Below are positions 19,703 through 28,917 of a stretch of DNA of 64,000 nt, piece after piece. The DNA lies in NCBI GenBank assembly GCA_903960135.1, contig CAJBZP010000069.1, positions 1,708 to 65,707 on the forward strand, in the 5' to 3' direction. Numbering within the stretch: position 1 is the stretch's first letter; every line of letters begins with the position of its first letter. A program made the translations under genes and the position numbers. This DNA is from an uncultured Actinomycetes bacterium. GTDB lineage: Bacteria; Actinomycetota; Actinomycetes; S36-B12. The notes below the pieces were generated by a model. It was not told where the DNA came from. It worked only from the letters and a program-made list of their open reading frames with translations, and did no database searches.

Positions 19703-20317
19703 GTGAGAAGCGTTCGGATCCAACGCGTTATTGCCACTGCTGTTATCGCGGGCACGGTCGTTGCCTCGATGACTTTGACCGGATGCGGTGCCTCCACCTC
19801 GGGGGCGGCCGCTGTTGTTGGTGATACGCGGATTTCTGAGCAGACCTTGACGAGCACCGTGCAGGAGGTGCTAGTTGCGCAGCAGAAATCGCCAAATACT
19901 TCAGATGCGGCGCTCACGAGCGCGGTTCTCGGTCGGCTGGTGACCAGCGAGCTCGTCGACCAATTAGCGGCCGAGGCCGGAGTTACCGTCACCCAAGGGG
20001 CAATCGACAGCACCTTGCAGGGCTATGTGCAGCAGGCGGGAGGCGAGGCTGCGGTCCAGGATATTTTGCTGCAACGTAATGTGGCGCCATCGCAGATTGA
20101 GGCATTTGTCCGGACCAATGTGTTGGCTCAGTTACTCGGGCAGGCCCTAGCTCCGCAGGCCGGTATCGAAGGCCAAAGTGATGCGGTCGTCGCTGCGATT
20201 ATTGAAACCAGTTTGGTTGTTGGCACCGAGGTGAGCCCGAGGTTTGGAACCTGGGAGCCAACCAAGTTGACGATCGGGCCGGTACCAAATGATCTTTCCG
20301 TGCTGCCTGCTCTGTAA
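19703..20317 (+). CDS. lipoprotein, SurA-N-terminal-like chaperone domain (tentative)
   Basis: Signal peptide with lipobox LTGC. The remainder is helical and Ala/Gln-rich. It occupies the mfd-mazG interval. Confidence 0.55.
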   Translation: MRSVRIQRVIATAVIAGTVVASMTLTGCGASTSGAAAVVGDTRISEQTLTSTVQEVLVAQQKSPNTSDAALTSAVLGRLVTSELVDQLAAEAGVTVTQGAIDSTLQGYVQQAGGEAAVQDILLQRNVAPSQIEAFVRTNVLAQLLGQALAPQAGIEGQSDAVVAAIIETSLVVGTEVSPRFGTWEPTKLTIGPVPNDLSVLPAL

Positions 20318-20332
20318 CTTAAATACCAGACG

Positions 20333-21022
20333 ATGACAGGTGCCAGGGGTGAACGCTTCCTTGACCTAGTAGCGGTTATGGATCAACTCCGGTCACCAGG
20401 TGGGTGCCCCTGGGATGCCCGGCAGACCCATGCCTCCTTACTCGAGTATTTGGTTGAAGAAACCTATGAATTGGTCGAGGCAATCGAGATTGATGACGAT
20501 GCCGGGGTCCGGGAAGAACTCGGGGACCTGTTACTCCAGGTGGTGTTTCACGCGCGGTTAGCCCAGGAAAATGATGATGCGCCATGGGATATCGATGCGG
20601 TCTGCGATGGCATTATCAACAAACTCGTCGCCAGGCATCCGCATGTATTTGCCGATGCCGACGCGGCCACGGCTGATGCTGTTGAAGTGAATTGGCATGC
20701 ACTGAAGGCTAAGGAAAAGGGCAGAAACTCGGTTACCGATGGCATCCCGGGGCAGTTGCCGGCGTTAGTTCTAGCTGGCAAGGTAATTGCTCGTAGCGCA
20801 TCGCTCGCGGAGCAGCTGCCCGCGCTGGAAACCCAACAAGATATTGCAATGGTCGAAAGCTTCCGCGATGAGCAGCAGCTCGGCGAACACCTATTGGCCT
20901 TGGTGTCACTGGCTCGAGCACGGGGTTGGGATGCCGAAGGTGCATTGCGCGCGGCCGTTCGCCATCGGGTGAGCGCCATCGGTGCACTTGAGAATTCAGT
21001 TGGAGGTCGGTCAAGTGAGTGA
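20333..21022 (+). CDS. mazG: nucleoside triphosphate pyrophosphohydrolase MazG
   Basis: MazG motifs: GCPWDxxQTHxSL, EExYElxEAIE, EELGDLLLQVVFH and RHPHVF. Confidence 0.9.
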   Translation: MTGARGERFLDLVAVMDQLRSPGGCPWDARQTHASLLEYLVEETYELVEAIEIDDDAGVREELGDLLLQVVFHARLAQENDDAPWDIDAVCDGIINKLVARHPHVFADADAATADAVEVNWHALKAKEKGRNSVTDGIPGQLPALVLAGKVIARSASLAEQLPALETQQDIAMVESFRDEQQLGEHLLALVSLARARGWDAEGALRAAVRHRVSAIGALENSVGGRSSE

Positions 21023-22658
21023 ACCCAATGCAGCAACTCAGCAGTTCAAAACGATTGCGACCAAGGCGATTGATGATCTGCTGTCATTCGACCCGGTGTT
21101 TGCCACCTATCTAGGGGATCACCGCTTTGATGACCGACTCCCAGATCAGACGACGAAGGCGCGCACTGAGCAAGCCCAAATGATCGCCGATCACTTAACA
21201 CTTTTGGATGCTGTCGATGATCTTGAACTTTCAATACCGGATCAAATTGACCTTGAAATACTGCGCTCAAGATTGACTAAGGCCCAGTTCGAGATAAGCG
21301 AGTTGCGCGCCGCTACTTGGAACCCGATGGTCTGGAACCCGGGCACGGCCTTGCACCTGCTTATTTCACGTGATTTCGCCCCGCGTTCAGAGCGAGCGCA
21401 AAGCGTCAAGGGGCGCTTAATCGCGATCCCCGAGTTCTTGGAGGCTGCGCGCGCAGAACTCGGTGCGTTGACCCAGATTCACACCGAGACTGCGATAGCC
21501 CAATTGGCCGGCACTGCCCGGCTGATTGAAACCGAGGCCGCGGAGCTGGTCAATGATGATGAATTGGTGCGGAGCGCCCGCGATGCGGTGCTGGAATTTA
21601 GCGGTTGGCTGACCGAGCGGCTGCCGGAAGCCCAACGTAGCCCGAGGCTGGGTGAGCGTCTTTATGCTGCCACTTTGTGGCACGGTCTCGATGATGGCAC
21701 CTCACCGACCATGCTCTTAGAGGCTGCCGAAGCACACCTTGACAAGGTGAACCTGGCGATGAAGGGCTATGCGGCGCAGTATCTCGGTGAGAAGTCGACG
21801 GCGCCGGGGTTGGTGCAGCGCGCCTTCGCTCGTATCGCTGCCGAGGCGCCCGTAACCAATGAGACGGTGCTAGAAATTGTCGAGCAAGCGCTGGTGCGAA
21901 CGACAGAGTTTGTGCGCGCGAATGATCTGATCTCGGTTCCTGACCTTGATGTCCGGGTGATCGAGATGCCGGAGATTCATCGCGGCGTCGCTGTTGCCTA
22001 TTGTGATGCTCCCGGGCCACTGGAAAAAGCCCAGGTCGCCACTTTTGTCGCGGTATCACCAACGCCAAGTGACTGGACCGTCGAACGGGTTGACTCCTTC
22101 TACCGGGAATACAACGCGGTGCAGTTGCACGGGCTGACCATCCACGAGGCGATGCCAGGTCACGTGCTGCAACTAGCCCAGTCGCACCATTTCGAGGCAA
22201 CCACGCCGGTGCGCGCATTCGCCCGCAGCGGCGTCTTCATCGAAGGCTGGGCCGTTTACTCAGAAGAGTTATTGGTGAGTCGAGGTTACGCACCATTTGA
22301 TGACAAGGGCTCGGCACTTGCACTGCGCCTTCAGCAACTAAAGATGCAGGCGCGCCTGACGATCAACGCGATCTTGGATGTGCGAGTTCACACCGCCGAC
22401 ATGACTGAACAAGAAGGCCTAGACCTCATGATGAACCGCGGCTTCCAAGAGGAAGGGGAGGCAGCCGGTAAATGGCGTCGTGCGCTGCTAACCGCCGGGC
22501 AACTGCCCACCTACTTCGTCGGGTACCGGGCAGTAAGTGAAATCGTGGCTGATCTGCGGGTCCTGCATCCGGATTGGAGTGACCGGCAGATCCATGACCT
22601 GGTGTTGGCCTACGGGGCGCCGGCGCCGCGCTACCTGCGCGAATTCCTTGGCATTTAA
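21015..22658 (+). CDS. DUF885-family protein (putative metallopeptidase-like)
   Basis: About 547 aa with a C-terminal HExxPGH-type motif (IHEAMPGHVLQ) and an EGWAVYSE motif typical of DUF885. GTG 21015 has GGAGG 8 nt upstream. Confidence 0.8.
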   Translation: MSEPNAATQQFKTIATKAIDDLLSFDPVFATYLGDHRFDDRLPDQTTKARTEQAQMIADHLTLLDAVDDLELSIPDQIDLEILRSRLTKAQFEISELRAATWNPMVWNPGTALHLLISRDFAPRSERAQSVKGRLIAIPEFLEAARAELGALTQIHTETAIAQLAGTARLIETEAAELVNDDELVRSARDAVLEFSGWLTERLPEAQRSPRLGERLYAATLWHGLDDGTSPTMLLEAAEAHLDKVNLAMKGYAAQYLGEKSTAPGLVQRAFARIAAEAPVTNETVLEIVEQALVRTTEFVRANDLISVPDLDVRVIEMPEIHRGVAVAYCDAPGPLEKAQVATFVAVSPTPSDWTVERVDSFYREYNAVQLHGLTIHEAMPGHVLQLAQSHHFEATTPVRAFARSGVFIEGWAVYSEELLVSRGYAPFDDKGSALALRLQQLKMQARLTINAILDVRVHTADMTEQEGLDLMMNRGFQEEGEAAGKWRRALLTAGQLPTYFVGYRAVSEIVADLRVLHPDWSDRQIHDLVLAYGAPAPRYLREFLGI

Positions 22659-22876
22659 AAGTCACTCAGGCCATCAGGGGGTAAAAGCCTCTCGCTGCTT
22701 TGACACATGAATTCCGTACTGAACGAATTGAGAATTCCCAAACTGAAACACTATTTCAACAAAGTGGGGCCTGATCCACGAAACGGGGGTTATCCCCACG
22801 GGACCTTCGGCTTCCTTTGACGGCGCGGTCCTTTCACGGCTGGACAGACGCCGAAGAAAGCGCCACAATTGTGTCC

Positions 22877-23143
22877 ATGACGACTCAGTCCTTGCGGGAT
22901 GTCCGAGACCACCTGTCCGAGGTCATCGATCGGGTCGAGCACCAGCATGAACGCGTCGTGGTTACCCGCAACGGAAAGCCTGCGGCGGTCATTCTCAGTC
23001 CGGAGGATCTCGCCCAAATGCAGGAGACGATCGACGTCCTGAGCGATCCCCAGGCTCTGGCCGACATCCGGGAGGCCGATGCCGCCTACGCGCGTGGCGA
23101 CGTCGTCCGCGGCACTGATGCCGTGCGCCACTTGCGCTCGTGA
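22877..23143 (+). CDS. type II antitoxin, Phd/YefM family
   Basis: Motifs LRDVRDHLSEVIDRVEHQHERVVVTRNGKPAAVILSPEDL and ETIDVLSDP. ATG 22877 chosen; the track ORF starts at 22817. Confidence 0.85.
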   Translation: MTTQSLRDVRDHLSEVIDRVEHQHERVVVTRNGKPAAVILSPEDLAQMQETIDVLSDPQALADIREADAAYARGDVVRGTDAVRHLRS

Positions 23144-23424
23144 CGGAGCAGCCCTACGAGATCGTCCTAACCCCGCCAGCCCGGCGCGCCATCACCGAGG
23201 ACCTGCCGGAGGCGGTGGCAGCCGCGGTCATCGACTTCGTGACCACGGCGCTTCTGGAGAACCCGCACCGCGTCGGGAAGCCACTGCGTAATGACCTCGA
23301 CGGCATCTGGTCCGCGCGCCGTGGCACGTATCGAGTGCTGTACCGGATCCGTGAGAACCCGCGTGAAGTCGTCGTCCTTCGCATCGATCACCGCCGCGCC
23401 GCCTACCGACCGCTGGGTCGATAG
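23140..23424 (+). CDS. type II toxin, RelE/ParE family
   Basis: 94 aa. GTGA overlap with the antitoxin. RelE/ParE-like C-terminus (RRGTYRVLYRIRENPREVVVLRIDHRRAAY). Confidence 0.85.
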   Translation: MTEQPYEIVLTPPARRAITEDLPEAVAAAVIDFVTTALLENPHRVGKPLRNDLDGIWSARRGTYRVLYRIRENPREVVVLRIDHRRAAYRPLGR

Positions 23425-23431
23425 GCCTGCA

Positions 23432-23803
23432 CTACTTGCGCACGATGTTGATTAAATAACTCAGCCCAAATCCAAAACCAATGGCGGCATAGAGATAGGC
23501 AAACCAGGTTCGCTGCGCTGGGATCAGCAGAGTCAATGCCCCGAGTGCACTTGCACTCACGCACATCACCCATGCCACCTGCCCGACACCCGAATCAGAA
23601 CTACTCCTCGAGTTATTCCACATATTCCCAGCAAGGGTGATCAGAGTTATGCCAATCATGCGCATAGACCACACCATGGCATCGTTTACTTCGAGGCCGA
23701 GCAGGCCTAGAAATGCTGCGGGAAGAATGAGGAGGAAGAGGGCTGAGGCACCAAAGACAATTAATCCAGCTTTGAGAGTTGTTCGCAGTGATTTGTAGTT
23801 CAT
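23432..23803 (-). CDS. hypothetical 4-TM membrane protein
   Basis: 123 aa with four hydrophobic segments. Low GC. No recognisable motif. Confidence 0.55.
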   Translation of the reverse strand: MNYKSLRTTLKAGLIVFGASALFLLILPAAFLGLLGLEVNDAMVWSMRMIGITLITLAGNMWNNSRSSSDSGVGQVAWVMCVSASALGALTLLIPAQRTWFAYLYAAIGFGFGLSYLINIVRK

Positions 23804-23850
23804 GGAAAAGAGCCTGTAACTTCGCCGTGACGACCACTAATCTGTAGCTC

Positions 23851-24261
23851 ATGGAGTTACTTCGCAAAGTATTTCAAATCATTCTTGGCGCAGTACTTGC
23901 CTACGCCGGGTTCACACACTTAACAACGAATCGCATTGAGTTTCAAGCACAAGTCCCCACCATCTTGCAGAGTCAAGCTGACTTTGTAGTGATCGCATCC
24001 GGTGTAGTTGAGATAATTCTTGGTATCTCACTAATTGTTTTATTCAAATACCGCACCTACGTTGGTTGGATCGTGGCCGCATTCTTTATTGCGGTCTTCC
24101 CCGGAAACATCTCCCAGTACATCAACGGCACGGATGCATTTGGATTAGACACTGATCAAGCACGAGCCATCCGCCTACTCTTTCAACCCTTACTAGTTAT
24201 CTGGGCACTATGGAGCACAGGTGCGTGGGCTAGCTACCGCGCCAGAAAAAACACACCATGA
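23851..24261 (+). CDS. DoxX-like family membrane protein
   Basis: 136 aa with 4 TM segments and the FPGNISQY motif, as in DoxX-like proteins. Low GC (35-48% in sampled 60-mers). Confidence 0.6.
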   Translation: MELLRKVFQIILGAVLAYAGFTHLTTNRIEFQAQVPTILQSQADFVVIASGVVEIILGISLIVLFKYRTYVGWIVAAFFIAVFPGNISQYINGTDAFGLDTDQARAIRLLFQPLLVIWALWSTGAWASYRARKNTP

Positions 24262-24392
24262 GAGCTAAGACCAAAAATGGTTTCGAACCGAAAATCTGCC
24301 AACGATGCAATCTGCCATTTGAGTGGCGGAAGAAATGGGCTCGCGATTGGGAGACCGTGAAGTACTGCTCAAAGAGATGTAAAGCGGGGTAG
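24258..24392 (+). CDS. DUF2256 small zinc-ribbon protein (44 aa)
   Basis: Not in the ORF track (below 60 aa). Translation: [44 protein letters not shown]. It has two CxxC-type pairs (CQRC ... CSKRC) and the conserved WRKKW/DW core of DUF2256. Its ATG overlaps the upstream stop (ATGA). Confidence 0.75.
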   Translation: MRAKTKNGFEPKICQRCNLPFEWRKKWARDWETVKYCSKRCKAG

Positions 24393-24436
24393 GGCCCTGG
24401 CGGTGCCTCGAGTTGATTGGACATCGGTAACCAGAC

Positions 24437-26926
24437 TTATCTACCCGTTACTTTTTCATTGGCTGGGTCATACAAAGGCCGAAGTGAAGTAGTGGCTGGC
24501 ACTTTGACCCCGGCTACCTCGACCTCCCAATTGCCACCGGTTAAGTAATCGGCGGTTATCGGCTCGCTTGCATCCACCATCGCCAGCCCAACAGCGCCGC
24601 CGAGGGTGTGACCGTAGCTACCAGCGCGCACATAGCCAGCTACCTCGCCATCGCGAATGAGGATCTCGCCGTGGTAGAGCAACGGCAGTGGGTCTAGGAG
24701 CTTGACCTGCACGAGGCGTCGGTGCAGTGGGCCTGAGGCCTTTTTCTTTTGAGCTGCCTCACGCCCAATGAAATCACTGGCCTTATCCCAAGCCACCGCG
24801 AAGCCAAGGCCGGCTTCCAGTACTGAATCGGTGTTGTCGATGTCATGGCCATAGTCGCGATAGCCCTTCTCCATTCGCAAACTGGCCAATGACTTGAGCC
24901 CGCAATGGACGAGTTGAACTTGTTCGCCGACCTCGCACAGGCGTTCATACGCGTGCACGGCTTGCTCTGTTGGGACATAAAGCTCGTATCCGAGCTCGCC
25001 CACATAGGTGATGCGCACACATAGGGCCCGGGCGAAGCCAAGGTCAATCTCGCGGGCGGTGCGATAGGGGAATGCACTGTTTGACATATCGGTTGTGGTC
25101 GCAGCCTGCAGGAGATCGCGGGCAAGGGGGCCGTGAATATTGAATTGGGCGTAGCCAGAGGTCACATCGGTCACGGTGGCGGCAAAGTCTTTGCCGTAGC
25201 GCGTTAACCATTGAAGGACTTGGCCGTGGGCGGTATCCGATGCCACCACGAAGAACTTATTGGCGCCAAGTTTGGTAACGGTCAGGTCGGCTTCGATGGT
25301 GCCGGACTCGTTGAGCCACTGGGTGTAGGTGATGACACCATCGGCGCCATTTACCGCGTTCGCTGATACGTAGTCCAAGAGCGCCCCGGCCTGCTCGCCT
25401 TGGACCAAGAATTTCGACATGAAACTCATGTCCATGAACCCGACGCCCTCGCGGATGGCGCGGTGCTCGTTTGCCCAAGACTCAAACCAGTGCGGGCGAC
25501 CCCAGGTGAGTTCACCCGTCTCCGGAATTTCGCCGGGTGGGGCATACCAATCGGCGCCCTCCCAGCCGCTGACATCGCGGAAATAAGCCCCGCGCTCTTT
25601 TAGCAGGTGATGTATTGGTGAGCGCTTGACACCGCGGGCGGTCGTGACAGTGCGGCCGGGGTAATGAGTTTGATAAACCAGGCCGAGAGTCTCAACGGTG
25701 CGCTCAGCACGGTACTGCGGGTTTCGCTGGTGGGGGAGTGCGCGATTGATATTGAAACCGGTGACATCAACATCGGGCTTGCCGTTAATGATCCAGTGCG
25801 CAACAACGCGGCCGACGCCTCCACCGGTGAGGATGCCGACCGAGTTCATGCCGGCGGCAACAAAATAGTTGCGGATGCCTGGTGCCTCGCCGATGAACGG
25901 CTGCAAGTCCGGGGTGAAGGATTCAGGGCCGCAGAAGAACTTTCGGATCCCAGCTTCAAGGGAGATTGGCACGCGTTGCATGGCCCGTTCTAGGTATGGG
26001 CCCATGCGATCCCAGTCCGGCGGGATTTCACCAAAGGAAAAGTCCTGCGGAATTGAATCTACATTCCACGGTGCGCAAACGGGTTCGAAGAGGCCGATCA
26101 TCAAGCCGCCACCCTCCTCGCGGTAGTAGGCGTGCGCGGATGGGTCCTCGAATACTGGAAGTGTCGAGTCGATACCTGCGATGGTGTCGGTGATCAAGTA
26201 GTAATGCTCGGCCGCCTGAAGTGGAATATTTACTCCGTGCCCTTGGCCGAATTGACGCGCCCACATCCCCGTGCAGTTGACCACATAGTCGCATTCAATG
26301 TCACCGAGTGCAGTTGTTACTGATTGCACTCGCTCGTCGGTCACCTTCACCCCCGTTGCGGTGACTTCTTCAAAAATTTGCACCCCATTCGCGCGGGCCC
26401 CTTTGGCCAACGCCATCGTGACGTCAACCGGGTTTACCCGCCCGTCATCTGGTACATAGAAGCCGGCTTCTAGCCCGGTGATGTCGGCGATCGGAAATCG
26501 CTCGGCAATCTCGCGCGGGCTAATTTCATGGACTTCGAGCCCGCAGAGCCGATTGAATGCGGCCACCCGTCGGTATTCCTCGAGGCGGTCCTTGTCGGCC
26601 GCAGCTTCGATGAAGCCGGCGGGGTTGAATCCGGTGGCTTGGCCGGTCTTGGCTTCCAGGTCGCGATAAAGCTGGCGGGTATAAAGGCGCATCTGCATTG
26701 AAGTCTCCGAGAAGGAGCCAAAACAGGTCATCAGCCCAGCGGCATGCCACGTGGTGCCGGAGGTCAGTTTGTCGCGCTCGAGCAAAACTACGTCGGTCCA
26801 GCCGGCCTCGGCCAGGTGGTAGGCCACCGAGCAGCCGATGACCCCGCCGCCGATGATCACTACTCGGGCGCGGCTGGGCAGCGTGGTTTTGGACGGGACG
26901 GACATGGGCATAGCGCAGGATTGCAC
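24437..26926 (-). CDS. FAD-dependent dimethylglycine/sarcosine dehydrogenase-family oxidoreductase with C-terminal GcvT (aminomethyltransferase) fold
   Basis: N-terminal dinucleotide fold VVIIGGGVIGCSVAYHLA. Length about 820 aa. C-terminal folate-binding GcvT-like region (ITYVGELGYELYVP). Start ambiguous (26926, 26911 or 26905). Confidence 0.85.
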   Translation of the reverse strand: MQSCAMPMSVPSKTTLPSRARVVIIGGGVIGCSVAYHLAEAGWTDVVLLERDKLTSGTTWHAAGLMTCFGSFSETSMQMRLYTRQLYRDLEAKTGQATGFNPAGFIEAAADKDRLEEYRRVAAFNRLCGLEVHEISPREIAERFPIADITGLEAGFYVPDDGRVNPVDVTMALAKGARANGVQIFEEVTATGVKVTDERVQSVTTALGDIECDYVVNCTGMWARQFGQGHGVNIPLQAAEHYYLITDTIAGIDSTLPVFEDPSAHAYYREEGGGLMIGLFEPVCAPWNVDSIPQDFSFGEIPPDWDRMGPYLERAMQRVPISLEAGIRKFFCGPESFTPDLQPFIGEAPGIRNYFVAAGMNSVGILTGGGVGRVVAHWIINGKPDVDVTGFNINRALPHQRNPQYRAERTVETLGLVYQTHYPGRTVTTARGVKRSPIHHLLKERGAYFRDVSGWEGADWYAPPGEIPETGELTWGRPHWFESWANEHRAIREGVGFMDMSFMSKFLVQGEQAGALLDYVSANAVNGADGVITYTQWLNESGTIEADLTVTKLGANKFFVVASDTAHGQVLQWLTRYGKDFAATVTDVTSGYAQFNIHGPLARDLLQAATTTDMSNSAFPYRTAREIDLGFARALCVRITYVGELGYELYVPTEQAVHAYERLCEVGEQVQLVHCGLKSLASLRMEKGYRDYGHDIDNTDSVLEAGLGFAVAWDKASDFIGREAAQKKKASGPLHRRLVQVKLLDPLPLLYHGEILIRDGEVAGYVRAGSYGHTLGGAVGLAMVDASEPITADYLTGGNWEVEVAGVKVPATTSLRPLYDPANEKVTGR

Positions 26927-26989
26927 AGGTGCCCCGGTAGGCGCATCCGGGTACGGATATCTTCGCGGTGGTCGCGAAGTTAGAGTTAG

Positions 26990-28270
<1,281 letters not shown>

Positions 28271-28300
28271 TTCTCCTGTGATTCGTGGGACTATCGAGGC

Positions 28301-28720
28301 GTGAGTTCCGGAAGTCAACTACTGGCACCAAAGCAGCGTGGGTCCCTGACCGGACGGGCGGCGGTTTTGGTGCTGGTCTTCGCACTCCTAGTTCTGACTT
28401 TGGCGGTGCCGGTGCGCTCGTGGTTCGCCCAACGCGCTGAGATTTCTGGCCTCCAAGCCAATGTGGCCGCAGCACGTGAGCGGGTAGCCGAAATGCAAGT
28501 ACTGCAGGAGCGCTGGACCGACCCGGCATTTGTGGTGGCCGAGGCTCGGCGCCGGCTGCATTTTGTGCTGCCCGGTGAAGTGGGATACACCACTATCGGC
28601 TCGAGCGCCCAGCCAGGTGCGGTGCCGGAGCAGGCGGTGAGCCCAGGCTCTTGGTACGACAAGCTTTGGACCGCGCTGGATCAAGCCGATCAATTGGCGC
28701 CCACCACCAGCACCCGATAG
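28301..28720 (+). CDS. septum formation initiator family protein (FtsB/DivIC)
   Basis: Single N-terminal TM followed by a coiled coil (ISGLQANVAAARERVAEMQVLQERW). Position immediately after eno, as for the Rv1024 orthologues. Confidence 0.8.
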   Translation: MSSGSQLLAPKQRGSLTGRAAVLVLVFALLVLTLAVPVRSWFAQRAEISGLQANVAAARERVAEMQVLQERWTDPAFVVAEARRRLHFVLPGEVGYTTIGSSAQPGAVPEQAVSPGSWYDKLWTALDQADQLAPTTSTR

Positions 28721-28771
28721 CGGAATTCCCCAATACCGAATTCCCCGATTAAAGGGCCCCCGGTCGGTGAT

Positions 28772-28785
28772 GTTCGCGCTTGGCG
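28772..28785. promoter_or_regulatory. candidate ClgR operator upstream of clpC
   Basis: GTTCGC-gcttg-GCG matches the remembered Streptomyces ClgR consensus GTTCGC-N5-GCG. It lies about 135 bp upstream of the clpC ATG. Confidence 0.45.
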
Positions 28786-28917
28786 TACGCAAAACCGGAA
28801 GGATCCGCACGAAAGTGGGTTGTACTGGACATGATGGGTTGGGGATCTGCGGTTACGATGGGCTCCTGATCAACTAGTTGCTGGCTGATGAACTTTTAAA
28901 CAGACGGAGTGTGAGCG

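Noticed and set aside
22674-22868. 64-aa minus-strand ORF in the spacer upstream of the antitoxin
   Set aside because: It lies in the AT-richer spacer and has no SD or motif. It overlaps the probable TA promoter region. It could be a gene remnant, but nothing supports it.
24230-24424. 64-aa minus-strand ORF in the track
   Set aside because: It is antisense to the DUF2256 zinc-ribbon ORF, which has a recognisable conserved sequence. The minus ORF has no motif.
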